This document shows positions 16,752-24,834 of a stretch of DNA of 36,324 nucleotides, in pieces (position 1 is the stretch's first letter; each line of letters opens with the position of its first letter). A model generated the notes under the pieces. It was not told where the DNA came from, did not search any database, and saw only the letters and a list, made by a program, of their open reading frames with translations. A program made the translations under genes and the position numbers. The DNA comes from Armatimonadota bacterium (lineage in GTDB: Bacteria; Armatimonadota; UBA10988): positions 1-36,324 of the forward strand of contig JACPDV010000037.1 of NCBI GenBank assembly GCA_016183835.1, read 5' to 3'.

Positions 16752-18950
16752 ATGGACCCGCACGCGCTCGAGGTGCTCGAGTTCGGCAAGGTGCGCGACC
16801 TCCTGGCCGAGGCCGCCGCGTCCGCGCTGGGTCTCGAGGCCGCCGCCGCATTGCAGCCCCTTACCGAAGAGGACCAGATCCGCCTCGCGCTGCAGCACAC
16901 CTCCGAGGCGCGGAGCATCTTCGACGGCGGCGACGACATCCCATTGGGCGGGCTGCACGACCTTCGCCCGCTCCTGCACCAGGCATCCATCGGCAGCGTC
17001 CTGCTCGGCGAGGAGCTGCTTGCGGTCGCCCAGACGCTCGGCTGCGTGGCGAAGGTGAAGCACTTCTTCGCCGGCCGCGACGCCGTGCCCGCGCTGGGCC
17101 GGGTGGCGGGCGAGCTGGTGGACCTGCCGGCCGTCGCCGCGGAGATCGTCCGTTGCATCGGCGACGACGGCGAGGTGCTCGACGACGCCAGCGCCGAGCT
17201 GCGGCGGCTCCGGCGGCTCGCGCGGCAGCTTGCCGACCAGGTGCAGGCCACCCTCCGCCGTCTCCTCGGCAGCCTGGCCGGCGACGAAGCCGTGCAGGAG
17301 GCCGTGGTCACCATCCGCCAGGGGCGCTACTGCATCCCGGTCAAGTCCAGCTTCCAGGGCCGGTTCGACGGCATCGTCCACGACCGCAGCGCCTCGGGCC
17401 AGACCGTCTTCATGGAGCCCACCTCCGTGGTGAGGCTCAACAACGAGCTGCGCGAGGCCACGCTCGGCGAGCAGCAGGAGGTCTACCGGATCCTGTCCGG
17501 CCTCTCCCGCCAGGTGGGCGACTCCGCGCCGCTCCTCGGCGGCAACCTCGCGCTCCTGCGCACGCTCGACCTGGCGCGAGCCAAGGGTCGTCTTTCGCGC
17601 CGCCTCGGCGGGGTCGAGCCGGAGCTGTCCGCCGGCGCCGCGTTCGACCTCCGCCGCGCCCGCCACCCGCTGCTCGAGGCTCGCGCCGGCGCCGAACGCC
17701 GCATTCCGCTCTGCGAACAGGTCTACGCCGACATCGGCGACGAGCAGAGCTTGGAGCAGAGCCTCAGCACCTTCGGCTCCCACCTGACCCAGATCGTGCG
17801 CATCCTGCGCTCGGCCGGCGAGGGCGCGCTGGTGCTTTTGGACGAGCTCGGCGCCGGCACCGACCCGGTCGAGGGCGCGGCGCTGGCCGAGGCCGTGCTC
17901 GCCGCGCTCCACGCGCGGGGCTGCCTCGTCGCCGCCACCACGCACCACGGCTCATTGAAGGCCTTCGCCTACCGCACCGACGGGGTCGAGAACGCCAGCG
18001 TGGAGTTCGACTCCGCCACCCTGGGGCCGACGTACCGGCTCCTGACCGGGATCCCCGGCGCCAGCCACGCGTTCGAGATCGCCACCCGGCTGGGGGTGCC
18101 CGAAGAGGTGCTGGCCGAGGCCCGGGCACTCCTGCCCGAGGAGCACCACGAGGCGGCGGACATCATCGTCGAGATGCAGGCGCGGCAGCGGCGGATCGAG
18201 ACCGAGCTGCAGAGCGCCGAGCACGAGGCCGCGGCGGCCAGCCATTCGCGGCGCGAGCTGGAGCGCGAGCGCAAGCGCCTGCGCGAGCTGGAGGTCGAGA
18301 TCCGCGAGCGGGCGCGGCGCGAGGCGGAGGCGCTGCTGGCCAAAGTGCAGGCCGAGGCCGACGGGATCCTGGCGGAGCTGCGCCGCGCCGAGCGCGAGGG
18401 GCGGGCCACCGAGCAGGCGCGGCAGCGGCTGCGCAACCTGCGCGAGGAGTCGCGCGGCGGCGGCGAGAGGCTGGCACCGGGTCCGGCGGCCACGCCCGAG
18501 GCGGCGTTCGGCGAGGGCGACGTGGTGGAGGTGCTCCGCCTGGAGCGGCAGGGGCAGGTGGTAGCGGTGGAAGAGAACGGCGAGCTGCAGGTGCAGGTGG
18601 GCCCGATGCGGATGACGGTGGAGCCGGGCGACGTGGCGCTGGTGAAGCGCGGCGACCCGCGGACGCCGACCGTGTCGCGGCACCGCGTGGAGGTGGCGCC
18701 GGGCTTCGCGCTGGAGCTGCATCTGCGCGGCAAGCTGGTGGACGATGCGCTGATCGAGCTGGACCGCTACCTGGACCAGGCGCTCCTGGCCAACGTGCCG
18801 GACGTGCGGATCGTGCACGGCAAGGGCACGGGCGCGCTGCGGCGGGCGGTGTGGCAGTACCTCCGCGAGCACCCGCACGTGAAGCGCTTCGAGCACCCGC
18901 CCGAGGCGCTCGGCGGCGGCGGCGTGACGGTGGTGAAACTTGAGCTGTAG
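16752..18950 (+). CDS. mutS2: endonuclease MutS2 (MutS domain V remnant plus C-terminal Smr domain), lacking the Walker A segment
   Basis: MutS2 hallmarks are present: ARHPLL, YADIGDEQSLEQSLSTFGSH, Walker B LVLLDELGAGTDP, a coiled-coil region, and the Smr domain (LHLRGKLVDDAL...VRIVHGKGTGALRRAV). No GPNxGGK(T/S) P-loop occurs anywhere in the ORF. Confidence 0.9.
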   Translation: MDPHALEVLEFGKVRDLLAEAAASALGLEAAAALQPLTEEDQIRLALQHTSEARSIFDGGDDIPLGGLHDLRPLLHQASIGSVLLGEELLAVAQTLGCVAKVKHFFAGRDAVPALGRVAGELVDLPAVAAEIVRCIGDDGEVLDDASAELRRLRRLARQLADQVQATLRRLLGSLAGDEAVQEAVVTIRQGRYCIPVKSSFQGRFDGIVHDRSASGQTVFMEPTSVVRLNNELREATLGEQQEVYRILSGLSRQVGDSAPLLGGNLALLRTLDLARAKGRLSRRLGGVEPELSAGAAFDLRRARHPLLEARAGAERRIPLCEQVYADIGDEQSLEQSLSTFGSHLTQIVRILRSAGEGALVLLDELGAGTDPVEGAALAEAVLAALHARGCLVAATTHHGSLKAFAYRTDGVENASVEFDSATLGPTYRLLTGIPGASHAFEIATRLGVPEEVLAEARALLPEEHHEAADIIVEMQARQRRIETELQSAEHEAAAASHSRRELERERKRLRELEVEIRERARREAEALLAKVQAEADGILAELRRAEREGRATEQARQRLRNLREESRGGGERLAPGPAATPEAAFGEGDVVEVLRLERQGQVVAVEENGELQVQVGPMRMTVEPGDVALVKRGDPRTPTVSRHRVEVAPGFALELHLRGKLVDDALIELDRYLDQALLANVPDVRIVHGKGTGALRRAVWQYLREHPHVKRFEHPPEALGGGGVTVVKLEL

Positions 18951-18963
18951 CGCGGGGGTTGGG

Positions 18964-18969
18964 TACAAT
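18964..18969 (+). promoter_or_regulatory. candidate -10 box TACAAT for the vapBC pair
   Basis: The sequence is gggTACAATcag, 23 nt upstream of ATG 18993. GAGGGA is a plausible SD at 18982-18987. Confidence 0.3.
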
Positions 18970-18992
18970 CAGGGGGTGGGCGAGGGACGACG

Positions 18993-19238
18993 ATGGCGAA
19001 GGCACTGCGATACCACACGACCGTCCTGCCGGGCAACCGGGTGGAGGTTGAGGCACCGGAAATGGCGGTGGGGCAGCGGGTGGAGGTGATCGTGGTCGAA
19101 GAGGATGCGGTCGCCGACGGGCCGCGCATGACCATCGAGGAGATCCTAGCTGACCTGCCCCCGGGAACTGGTATCTTCCAGTCTGCCGCGGAGGTGGATC
19201 GCTATCTCGAGGAAGAGCGCAACTCGTGGGACGAATGA
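18993..19238 (+). CDS. type II antitoxin (VapB-like partner of the downstream PIN toxin)
   Basis: 81-aa acidic ORF whose stop overlaps the PIN gene start (ATGA). The C-terminal AAEVDRYLEEERNSWDE tail is typical of small antitoxins encoded upstream of PIN toxins. The family was not identified precisely. Confidence 0.7.
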   Translation: MAKALRYHTTVLPGNRVEVEAPEMAVGQRVEVIVVEEDAVADGPRMTIEEILADLPPGTGIFQSAAEVDRYLEEERNSWDE

Positions 19239-19672
19239 CGGTGCCGGACGAAGGGGTGATCTACCTCGACACGACTGTGGTGATCTACGCCGTCGAGCTG
19301 CACCAACGATATCGTCCGCTGCTGGCCCCGCTCTGGCGTGATGCCAGGCTGGGTCGCCTGATGCTGGTCACCAGCGAACTCACGCTGTTGGAGGCGCTTG
19401 TCACACCGATCCGCGCCGGCAACACCAGGCTTCAACGGGGCTATGATCGCATGTTGTGCTGCTCGTGCGTGGTCGCCCGACCCATCTCGCGTGCTGTTCT
19501 CCGGCTCGGCGCCGAGCTGCGCGCGGCGGCGCCACCGCTCAGGACTCCGGACGCCATCCACGTCGCCACGGCCCAGCTAGAGTCCTGCACCACCTTCCTC
19601 ACCAACGACCGCCGACTTCGCGGCGTCCCCGGCCTGCCAACGCTGTTGCTCGACGACCTCGACGCAGTCTGA
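19235..19672 (+). CDS. vapC: PIN-domain ribonuclease toxin VapC
   Basis: The four PIN acidic positions are visible (IYLDTTV, TSELTLLE, TPDAIHVATA, LTNDRRL). ATG 19235 overlaps the antitoxin stop. An alternative GTG start is at 19226. Confidence 0.8.
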   Translation: MTVPDEGVIYLDTTVVIYAVELHQRYRPLLAPLWRDARLGRLMLVTSELTLLEALVTPIRAGNTRLQRGYDRMLCCSCVVARPISRAVLRLGAELRAAAPPLRTPDAIHVATAQLESCTTFLTNDRRLRGVPGLPTLLLDDLDAV

Positions 19673-19768
19673 GCCGACCGTCGTGACGCCGGAGGAGCGC
19701 CGAACCGGGATCTGTCTGGACAGAGGCTGAGCCGTCTCGGCGGCGAACTCGGCGGGCGGAGAGCGATC

Positions 19769-21385
19769 ATGCGGTTGCGGCGGCTGTGCTGGTGGGTGAC
19801 GGTCCTGGCGGCGGCGGCGGGCGCGCAGAATGCCCCGCGCCAGCAGACCGTGATGGTGCCCATGCGGGACGGGGTGAAGCTGGCCACCGAGGTGTTCCTG
19901 CCGCAGGGCGACGGGCCGTGGCCGGTGATCCTGGCGCGCACGCCCTACTCGCGGAAGGCCGGGCAGGGCATTGCCGCCGGGCTCAACCTGGCCGGCTACG
20001 CCGTGGTGGCCCAGGACGTGCGCGGCCGGTTCGACTCGGAGGGCGAGAACAAGCCCTTCATGTTCGATGGCTGGGGCAAGCAGCAGGACGGCTACGACGC
20101 CTGCCAGTGGATCGTCGCCCAGACCTGGTGCAACGGCATGATCGGCACCTGGGGCGGCTCGGCGCTGGGGATCACGCAGGTGCTCACCGCCGGGGCCAAC
20201 CCACCCGGGGTGGCGGCCCAGCACATCAGCGTCTGCACCGGCAGCCTCTACCACCACGCGGCCTACATCGGCGGCGCCTACTGCCAGGCGCTCGTGGACG
20301 GCTGGGTGGCGGGCAACAAGTTCGATGCCGAGGCCCTCGAGCTGATGCGCACCCACACCACCTACGACGACTACTGGCGCGGCCTGGACAGCAGCACGCG
20401 GGTCGAGGGCATCAACCTGCCCGCCATCTTCCTCGGCGGCTGGTACGACGTCTTCACCCAGGGCACCATCGACGCGTTCCAGTGGCGGCAGGAGCGCGGC
20501 GCGCCGGGCGCGCGGGGGCAGCAGAAGCTGATCATGGGGCCGTGGGGGCACGGCATCACTCCCAAGATCGGCGATCTGTCCTATCCCAACTCGGGCAAGG
20601 CGCCCGGTCCGCTCAACGAGCTGGCTTGGTTCGGCTACTGGCTGAAGGGCCAGGACACCGGCGTCAAGGACGCGCCGGCGGTGACCTACTACCTGATGGG
20701 CGATCCCACCGATCCCACCTCGCCCGGCAACGTCTGGAAGACCAGCGACGTGTGGCCGCCGAAGCACACCCCCACGGCGCTCTTCCTCCACCGCGACGGC
20801 GCCCTGTCCGCCACCGCGCCGGCCGCCGGCGACGAGCCGCTGCGCTACACCTACGCCCCGGCCAACCCGGTGCCCACCCGCGGCGGCAACAACCTCAACC
20901 TCCCTGCCGGCCCGCGCGACCAACGCGACGTCGAGGGCCGGCCCGACGTGCTGACCTTCACCGGTGCCCCGCTGACCGACCCGCTGACCATCACCGGCCC
21001 CATCCTGGCCAAGCTGTGGGTCGCCTCGTCCGCGGTGGATACCGACTTCACCGTCAAGCTCACCGACGTCTACCCCGACGGCCGCTCGATGCTGGTGATC
21101 GACGGCATCCGCCGCATGAAGCACCGCAACACCTTCGAGCAGGACGAGCTGCTCACGCCCGGCGAGGTCTACCCGATCACCGTGGACTGCTGGTCCACCG
21201 CCCTGGTGTTCAGCACCGGGCACCGGATCCGCATCGACGTGAGCAGCAGCAACAGCCCGAAGTGGCAGCCCAACCCCAACACCGGCAAGCCGTTCGGCGA
21301 CCTGGAGAAGGTCAAGGCCGACAACACCGTCTACCTGTACGGCGCGCGGCCTTCGCATGTGGTCCTGCCGGTCGTGACGGAGTAG
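19769..21385 (+). CDS. CocE/NonD family alpha/beta hydrolase (X-Pro dipeptidyl-peptidase S15-like), secreted
   Basis: Signal peptide MRLRRLCWWVTVLAAAAGAQ. VPMRDGVKLATEVFLP...PVILARTPY, the nucleophile elbow GTWGGSALG, and a C-terminal beta-sandwich (YLYGARPSHVVLPV) are typical of this family. Confidence 0.85.
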   Translation: MRLRRLCWWVTVLAAAAGAQNAPRQQTVMVPMRDGVKLATEVFLPQGDGPWPVILARTPYSRKAGQGIAAGLNLAGYAVVAQDVRGRFDSEGENKPFMFDGWGKQQDGYDACQWIVAQTWCNGMIGTWGGSALGITQVLTAGANPPGVAAQHISVCTGSLYHHAAYIGGAYCQALVDGWVAGNKFDAEALELMRTHTTYDDYWRGLDSSTRVEGINLPAIFLGGWYDVFTQGTIDAFQWRQERGAPGARGQQKLIMGPWGHGITPKIGDLSYPNSGKAPGPLNELAWFGYWLKGQDTGVKDAPAVTYYLMGDPTDPTSPGNVWKTSDVWPPKHTPTALFLHRDGALSATAPAAGDEPLRYTYAPANPVPTRGGNNLNLPAGPRDQRDVEGRPDVLTFTGAPLTDPLTITGPILAKLWVASSAVDTDFTVKLTDVYPDGRSMLVIDGIRRMKHRNTFEQDELLTPGEVYPITVDCWSTALVFSTGHRIRIDVSSSNSPKWQPNPNTGKPFGDLEKVKADNTVYLYGARPSHVVLPVVTE

Positions 21386-21389
21386 GGCG

Positions 21390-22658
21390 ATGCTCGCACC
21401 AGCACTGCTCACCGGCTGCCTCGCCGTCGCTTGGGAGCCGGACGTGAGCCGCTTCCCGCCGGATCCGGCGCGGCTCCCCGCGCGGCTGGAGCTGATGCGC
21501 CCCGGGCAGGTCCGCGACGCGGTGGCCCGGCAGGCGGCGTGTCTGCTTCCGGTGGGCGTGCTCGAGGCACGCGGTGATGCACCGCTCGGCGGCAGGGTGG
21601 ACGCGCAGGAGGCCGCCCTCTGGTCCCTCGCCGGTGAGCTCGGCGCGGTCCTCGCGCCGCCCATTCTCTACGGCCCCACCGGCTGCCTCCGCAGCGACGC
21701 GGGCGCCGGCACCTTCGACGCGCCCGTGGAGGGCTTCGCCGGCTACCTCGAAGCGGTGCTCAAGACGCTCCACGCGGTCGGGTTCCGGCGGGTGCAGGTG
21801 GTGCCGCTGTCCGCTGCCGAGCCGCTCCGCGACGCGATCAGCTTCGTCCTGGCCAACCTCTTCAACGACTTCTGGAAGGATCCGCAGTTCGGCCTCAACT
21901 GGTGGGTCCGGCCGGATCGGGAGACGCTGCCGGCGGATGCGTTCAGCCTCCGCGAGCTGCCGGCGCTGCCCGACCTGCCGGAGGAGCGCTCGCCGGTGCC
22001 ACGGCTGGAGCGGCTCTGGCCCGCGGAGCTGCACGAGGCGATGGCGACGCGGCTGTCGTGCTTCGTGCCGGTGGGGGTGATCGAGAACCACGGCAACCAG
22101 TGCCCGCTGGCCTGCGACACCTTTGAGGCGCTCGACCCGCTGCTCCTGGCGGCGGCAGAGGCGCCCTGCGTGGTGGCGCCACCGGTCTGGTACGGACCCA
22201 CCGGCTACGCGGTGACCGGCCCTGCGCTGGCCACCACCGACATCGACGGGTTCGTCTACTTCCGCTACTTCCGCGGGCTGGTGGCGGGTCTGGCGGCGAT
22301 GGGGTTCCGCGACATCGTCTTCCTCTCCGTGCACCAGGGCGCGGGCGGGGCACAGCAGTCGGCGGAGCGGCTGGCGATCCAGGAGTATCGCGCCACGCAC
22401 CCCGCGGGGCCGAAGCTGGAAGTGCTCAGCCCGCCCGCCGGGCAGTACGACCACGCAGGACGGAACGAGACCTCCTGGATGCTCCACCTCCACGGCGAGC
22501 ACACCGACCTGAGCCTCGTCCGGGAGGGCGACTACCGCTTCTGCTGGGAGCCGGGGAACGAGGCGAAGCTGGCGACGGCGGATCGGGGCCGCGAGCTGTG
22601 CGGGCTGGTGACCGACGGCCTCAAGCGGTTGATCCGCGACCGGGCCGCGCGAGACTAG
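21390..22658 (+). CDS. creatininase-fold protein with an internal tandem duplication (degenerate N-terminal half, motif-bearing C-terminal half)
   Basis: The C-terminal half has VPVGVIENHGNQCPLACD and DHAGRNETS (creatinine amidohydrolase/MftE-like motifs). The N-terminal half has the cognate LLPVGVLEARGDAPLGGRVD with the His replaced and no HAG..ETS. The start lies 4 nt after the CocE/NonD stop, with GGAG 7 nt upstream. Confidence 0.75.
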   Translation: MLAPALLTGCLAVAWEPDVSRFPPDPARLPARLELMRPGQVRDAVARQAACLLPVGVLEARGDAPLGGRVDAQEAALWSLAGELGAVLAPPILYGPTGCLRSDAGAGTFDAPVEGFAGYLEAVLKTLHAVGFRRVQVVPLSAAEPLRDAISFVLANLFNDFWKDPQFGLNWWVRPDRETLPADAFSLRELPALPDLPEERSPVPRLERLWPAELHEAMATRLSCFVPVGVIENHGNQCPLACDTFEALDPLLLAAAEAPCVVAPPVWYGPTGYAVTGPALATTDIDGFVYFRYFRGLVAGLAAMGFRDIVFLSVHQGAGGAQQSAERLAIQEYRATHPAGPKLEVLSPPAGQYDHAGRNETSWMLHLHGEHTDLSLVREGDYRFCWEPGNEAKLATADRGRELCGLVTDGLKRLIRDRAARD

Positions 22659-22770
22659 CCGGCATCTCCCATCGCAATACTCGTGCAACATCCACCTATA
22701 GCGCTCCCGTTCCGGGGATGCTACTATCCGGCTATCGGTCGGCAGGGTAGTTCGCCAAAGGAGGCCACGA

Positions 22771-23508
22771 ATGCGTCCACGCACTGCTCGCGGGGGCTTC
22801 ACGCTGATCGAGTTGTTGGTCGTGATCGCGATCATCGCCATCCTGGCGGCGATCCTCTTCCCGGTCTTCGCCAAGGCCCGGGAGAAGGCGCGCCAGGCGA
22901 GCTGCGGCTCGAATGTCAAGCAGCTCACGCTGGCCATGCTGCAGTACCTGCAAGACTACGATGAGCGCCTGCCGCGGTTCAACTGGGGTGAGCGGGCCTG
23001 CGGCGGGAGCCCGGCCTCGCCGGGCATGCTCATGTGGTGGGCGGCCATCTACCCCTACACGAAGAACACCCAGCTCTACGTGTGTCCGAGCGACAGCGGC
23101 AACCCGAAGTGCCTGAATGGCAACGCCGCGGTGCCCTGGCAGGCGATGGTGCCGGTGTGCTCCTACGGCATGAACGAGCCGCTCAGCGCCAAGTGCTGCA
23201 GCCGGGACTTCAAGGACATGCGCTACCCGGCCGAGGTGCTGCTGATGGGAGACTGCCGCTCCTCCCTCGGCGGTTGGGAAACCAACGCCCCGCGCATCCT
23301 CAACCGCTTCGCGCTGGCGCGGACGGGCGCCCCGTGCATCGGCTGCAATGCCAGCGCGCAACTGCCCGCCGGAGCGGAAGACTGGGCCCGGCACAACGGT
23401 GGCGAGAATATCGGCTTTGCGGACGGCCACGCCAAGTGGATGAAGCTGACCAACATCAAGCCCTCGTCGTACGGCGGCCCGATCCGCTACCGGGCGTCGG
23501 AGTTGTGA
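22771..23508 (+). CDS. prepilin-type N-terminal cleavage/methylation domain protein, DUF1559 / H-X9-DG family
   Basis: [37 protein letters not shown] is the classic class III signal. [16 protein letters not shown] is the H-X9-DG motif. A strong SD (AAGGAGG) lies 6 nt upstream. Confidence 0.9.
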   Translation: MRPRTARGGFTLIELLVVIAIIAILAAILFPVFAKAREKARQASCGSNVKQLTLAMLQYLQDYDERLPRFNWGERACGGSPASPGMLMWWAAIYPYTKNTQLYVCPSDSGNPKCLNGNAAVPWQAMVPVCSYGMNEPLSAKCCSRDFKDMRYPAEVLLMGDCRSSLGGWETNAPRILNRFALARTGAPCIGCNASAQLPAGAEDWARHNGGENIGFADGHAKWMKLTNIKPSSYGGPIRYRASEL

Positions 23509-23517
23509 TCCGGCCGC

Positions 23518-23551
23518 CCGCCCCCCGCAGCCGGACGGCTGCGGGGGGCGG
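23518..23551 (+). terminator. GC-rich stem-loop, candidate intrinsic terminator of the DUF1559 gene (no U-tract)
   Basis: A 15-bp perfect stem: ccgccccccgcagcc (23518-23532) pairs with ggctgcggggggcgg (23537-23551). The loop is ggac. It starts 10 nt after the TGA. Confidence 0.45.
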
Positions 23552-23615
23552 CCCGGGCCGCGGCGGACAGCCGGTGCGGCCGCACTCACAATGCCGGTGA
23601 AGTGAGGCGCCAACC

Positions 23616-23936
23616 ATGCTGTTCGCCGCGGTGTTCACCCTCGTCTACGGCCTGCTGATCCTGGCCGGCGGGATCATGGGCTACGTCAAAGCACAGAGCG
23701 TGCCGTCCCTGGTCAGCGGCGTGGTGGCGGCGCTGATCGCCCTGCCCGCGGCCTGGCTGCTCCGCGGCGGCGCACGGAGCGGGGTCGCCCTCGCCGCCGG
23801 GCTGGCGGTGGCGCTGTCGGTCTTCGGCGGCAAGTCGTTCCTCATCGACCACAAGCCGTTCATGCCCCGCGGCCTGATCTTCGTCCTCAGCCTGCTCGAG
23901 CTGGCCGTGGTCCTCTCCGCCCGCCGAGGAGGGTAA
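23616..23936 (+). CDS. TMEM14/UPF0136-like small integral membrane protein
   Basis: 106 aa with about four hydrophobic helices. The motif GGIMGYVKAQSVPSLVSG is typical of the TMEM14 family. GAGG SD is 9 nt upstream. Confidence 0.65.
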   Translation: MLFAAVFTLVYGLLILAGGIMGYVKAQSVPSLVSGVVAALIALPAAWLLRGGARSGVALAAGLAVALSVFGGKSFLIDHKPFMPRGLIFVLSLLELAVVLSARRGG

Positions 23937-24023
23937 CCCTCACCTCCCCGGAACTTGCCGGCGGCGGGGAGCGATGGATCCCACCGGAGCGCCGCGCGGC
24001 GGCGCCGAGAGGCAAGGTGTCCC

Positions 24024-24830
24024 ATGTGGTACTGGTTGTTGGGGCTGTTCATTGTCTTCGTGAGCGGGTTCCGGATCGCGGCGCAGTGGGAGCGCGGGGT
24101 GGTGTTCCGCCTGGGCCGCTACAGCAGCACCAAGGGCCCGGGGCTGTACTGGCTGCTCCCGCTGGGTATCGAGCGGCAGCGCAAGATGGACACCCGCACC
24201 GTGGTGATGAACGTCGAGCCGCAGGAGACCATCACCCGTGACAGCGTGACCATCAAGGTCAACGCGGTCGTCTGGTACCTGATCGAGGACCCCATGCGCG
24301 CGGCCTGCCGGGTGCAGGATTTCCGCACGTCCGTCTACCAGCTCGCCCTGACCACCCTGCGCAACGTCATCGGCCAGCACTTCCTCGACGAGGTGCTGCG
24401 CGAGCGCGACAAGCTGAACGAGCTGATCTGGCACGACATCGACGAGGCCACCGCGCCCTGGGGCGTGAAGGTCGAGCGGGTGGAGATGAAGGACGTCGAG
24501 ATCCCCACGGCAATGCAGCGGGCGATGGCCAAGGAGGCCGAGGCGCTGCGCGAGAAGCGCGCCCGGCTGATCAAGGCCCAGGCCGAGCAGGAGGCCGCCG
24601 AGCAGTTGACCGAAGCGGCGGCCATGATCGCGGGCAGCCCCGGCGCGCTCGAGCTGCGCCGCATGCAGATGCTCACCGAGATCGGCGCGGAGCAGAACTC
24701 CACCACCATCGTCGTGATGCCGGCCGACTTCGTCACGCTGGCGCACAACCTGGCCGACGCGGTGAAGGGCCGGATGACGGTCTCGGAGACCACGGACGAG
24801 AGTGGGACGGTGTCGGCCGACGCCGGCTAG
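24024..24830 (+). CDS. SPFH domain/band 7 (stomatin-like) protein
   Basis: The start was chosen at MWYWLLGLFIVFV (membrane anchor). WERGVVFRLGRY...GPGLYWLLP...ETITRDSVTIKVNAVVWY...AMAKEAEALREKRA is a typical stomatin/slipin sequence. Confidence 0.9.
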   Translation: MWYWLLGLFIVFVSGFRIAAQWERGVVFRLGRYSSTKGPGLYWLLPLGIERQRKMDTRTVVMNVEPQETITRDSVTIKVNAVVWYLIEDPMRAACRVQDFRTSVYQLALTTLRNVIGQHFLDEVLRERDKLNELIWHDIDEATAPWGVKVERVEMKDVEIPTAMQRAMAKEAEALREKRARLIKAQAEQEAAEQLTEAAAMIAGSPGALELRRMQMLTEIGAEQNSTTIVVMPADFVTLAHNLADAVKGRMTVSETTDESGTVSADAG

Positions 24831-24834
24831 GCGA

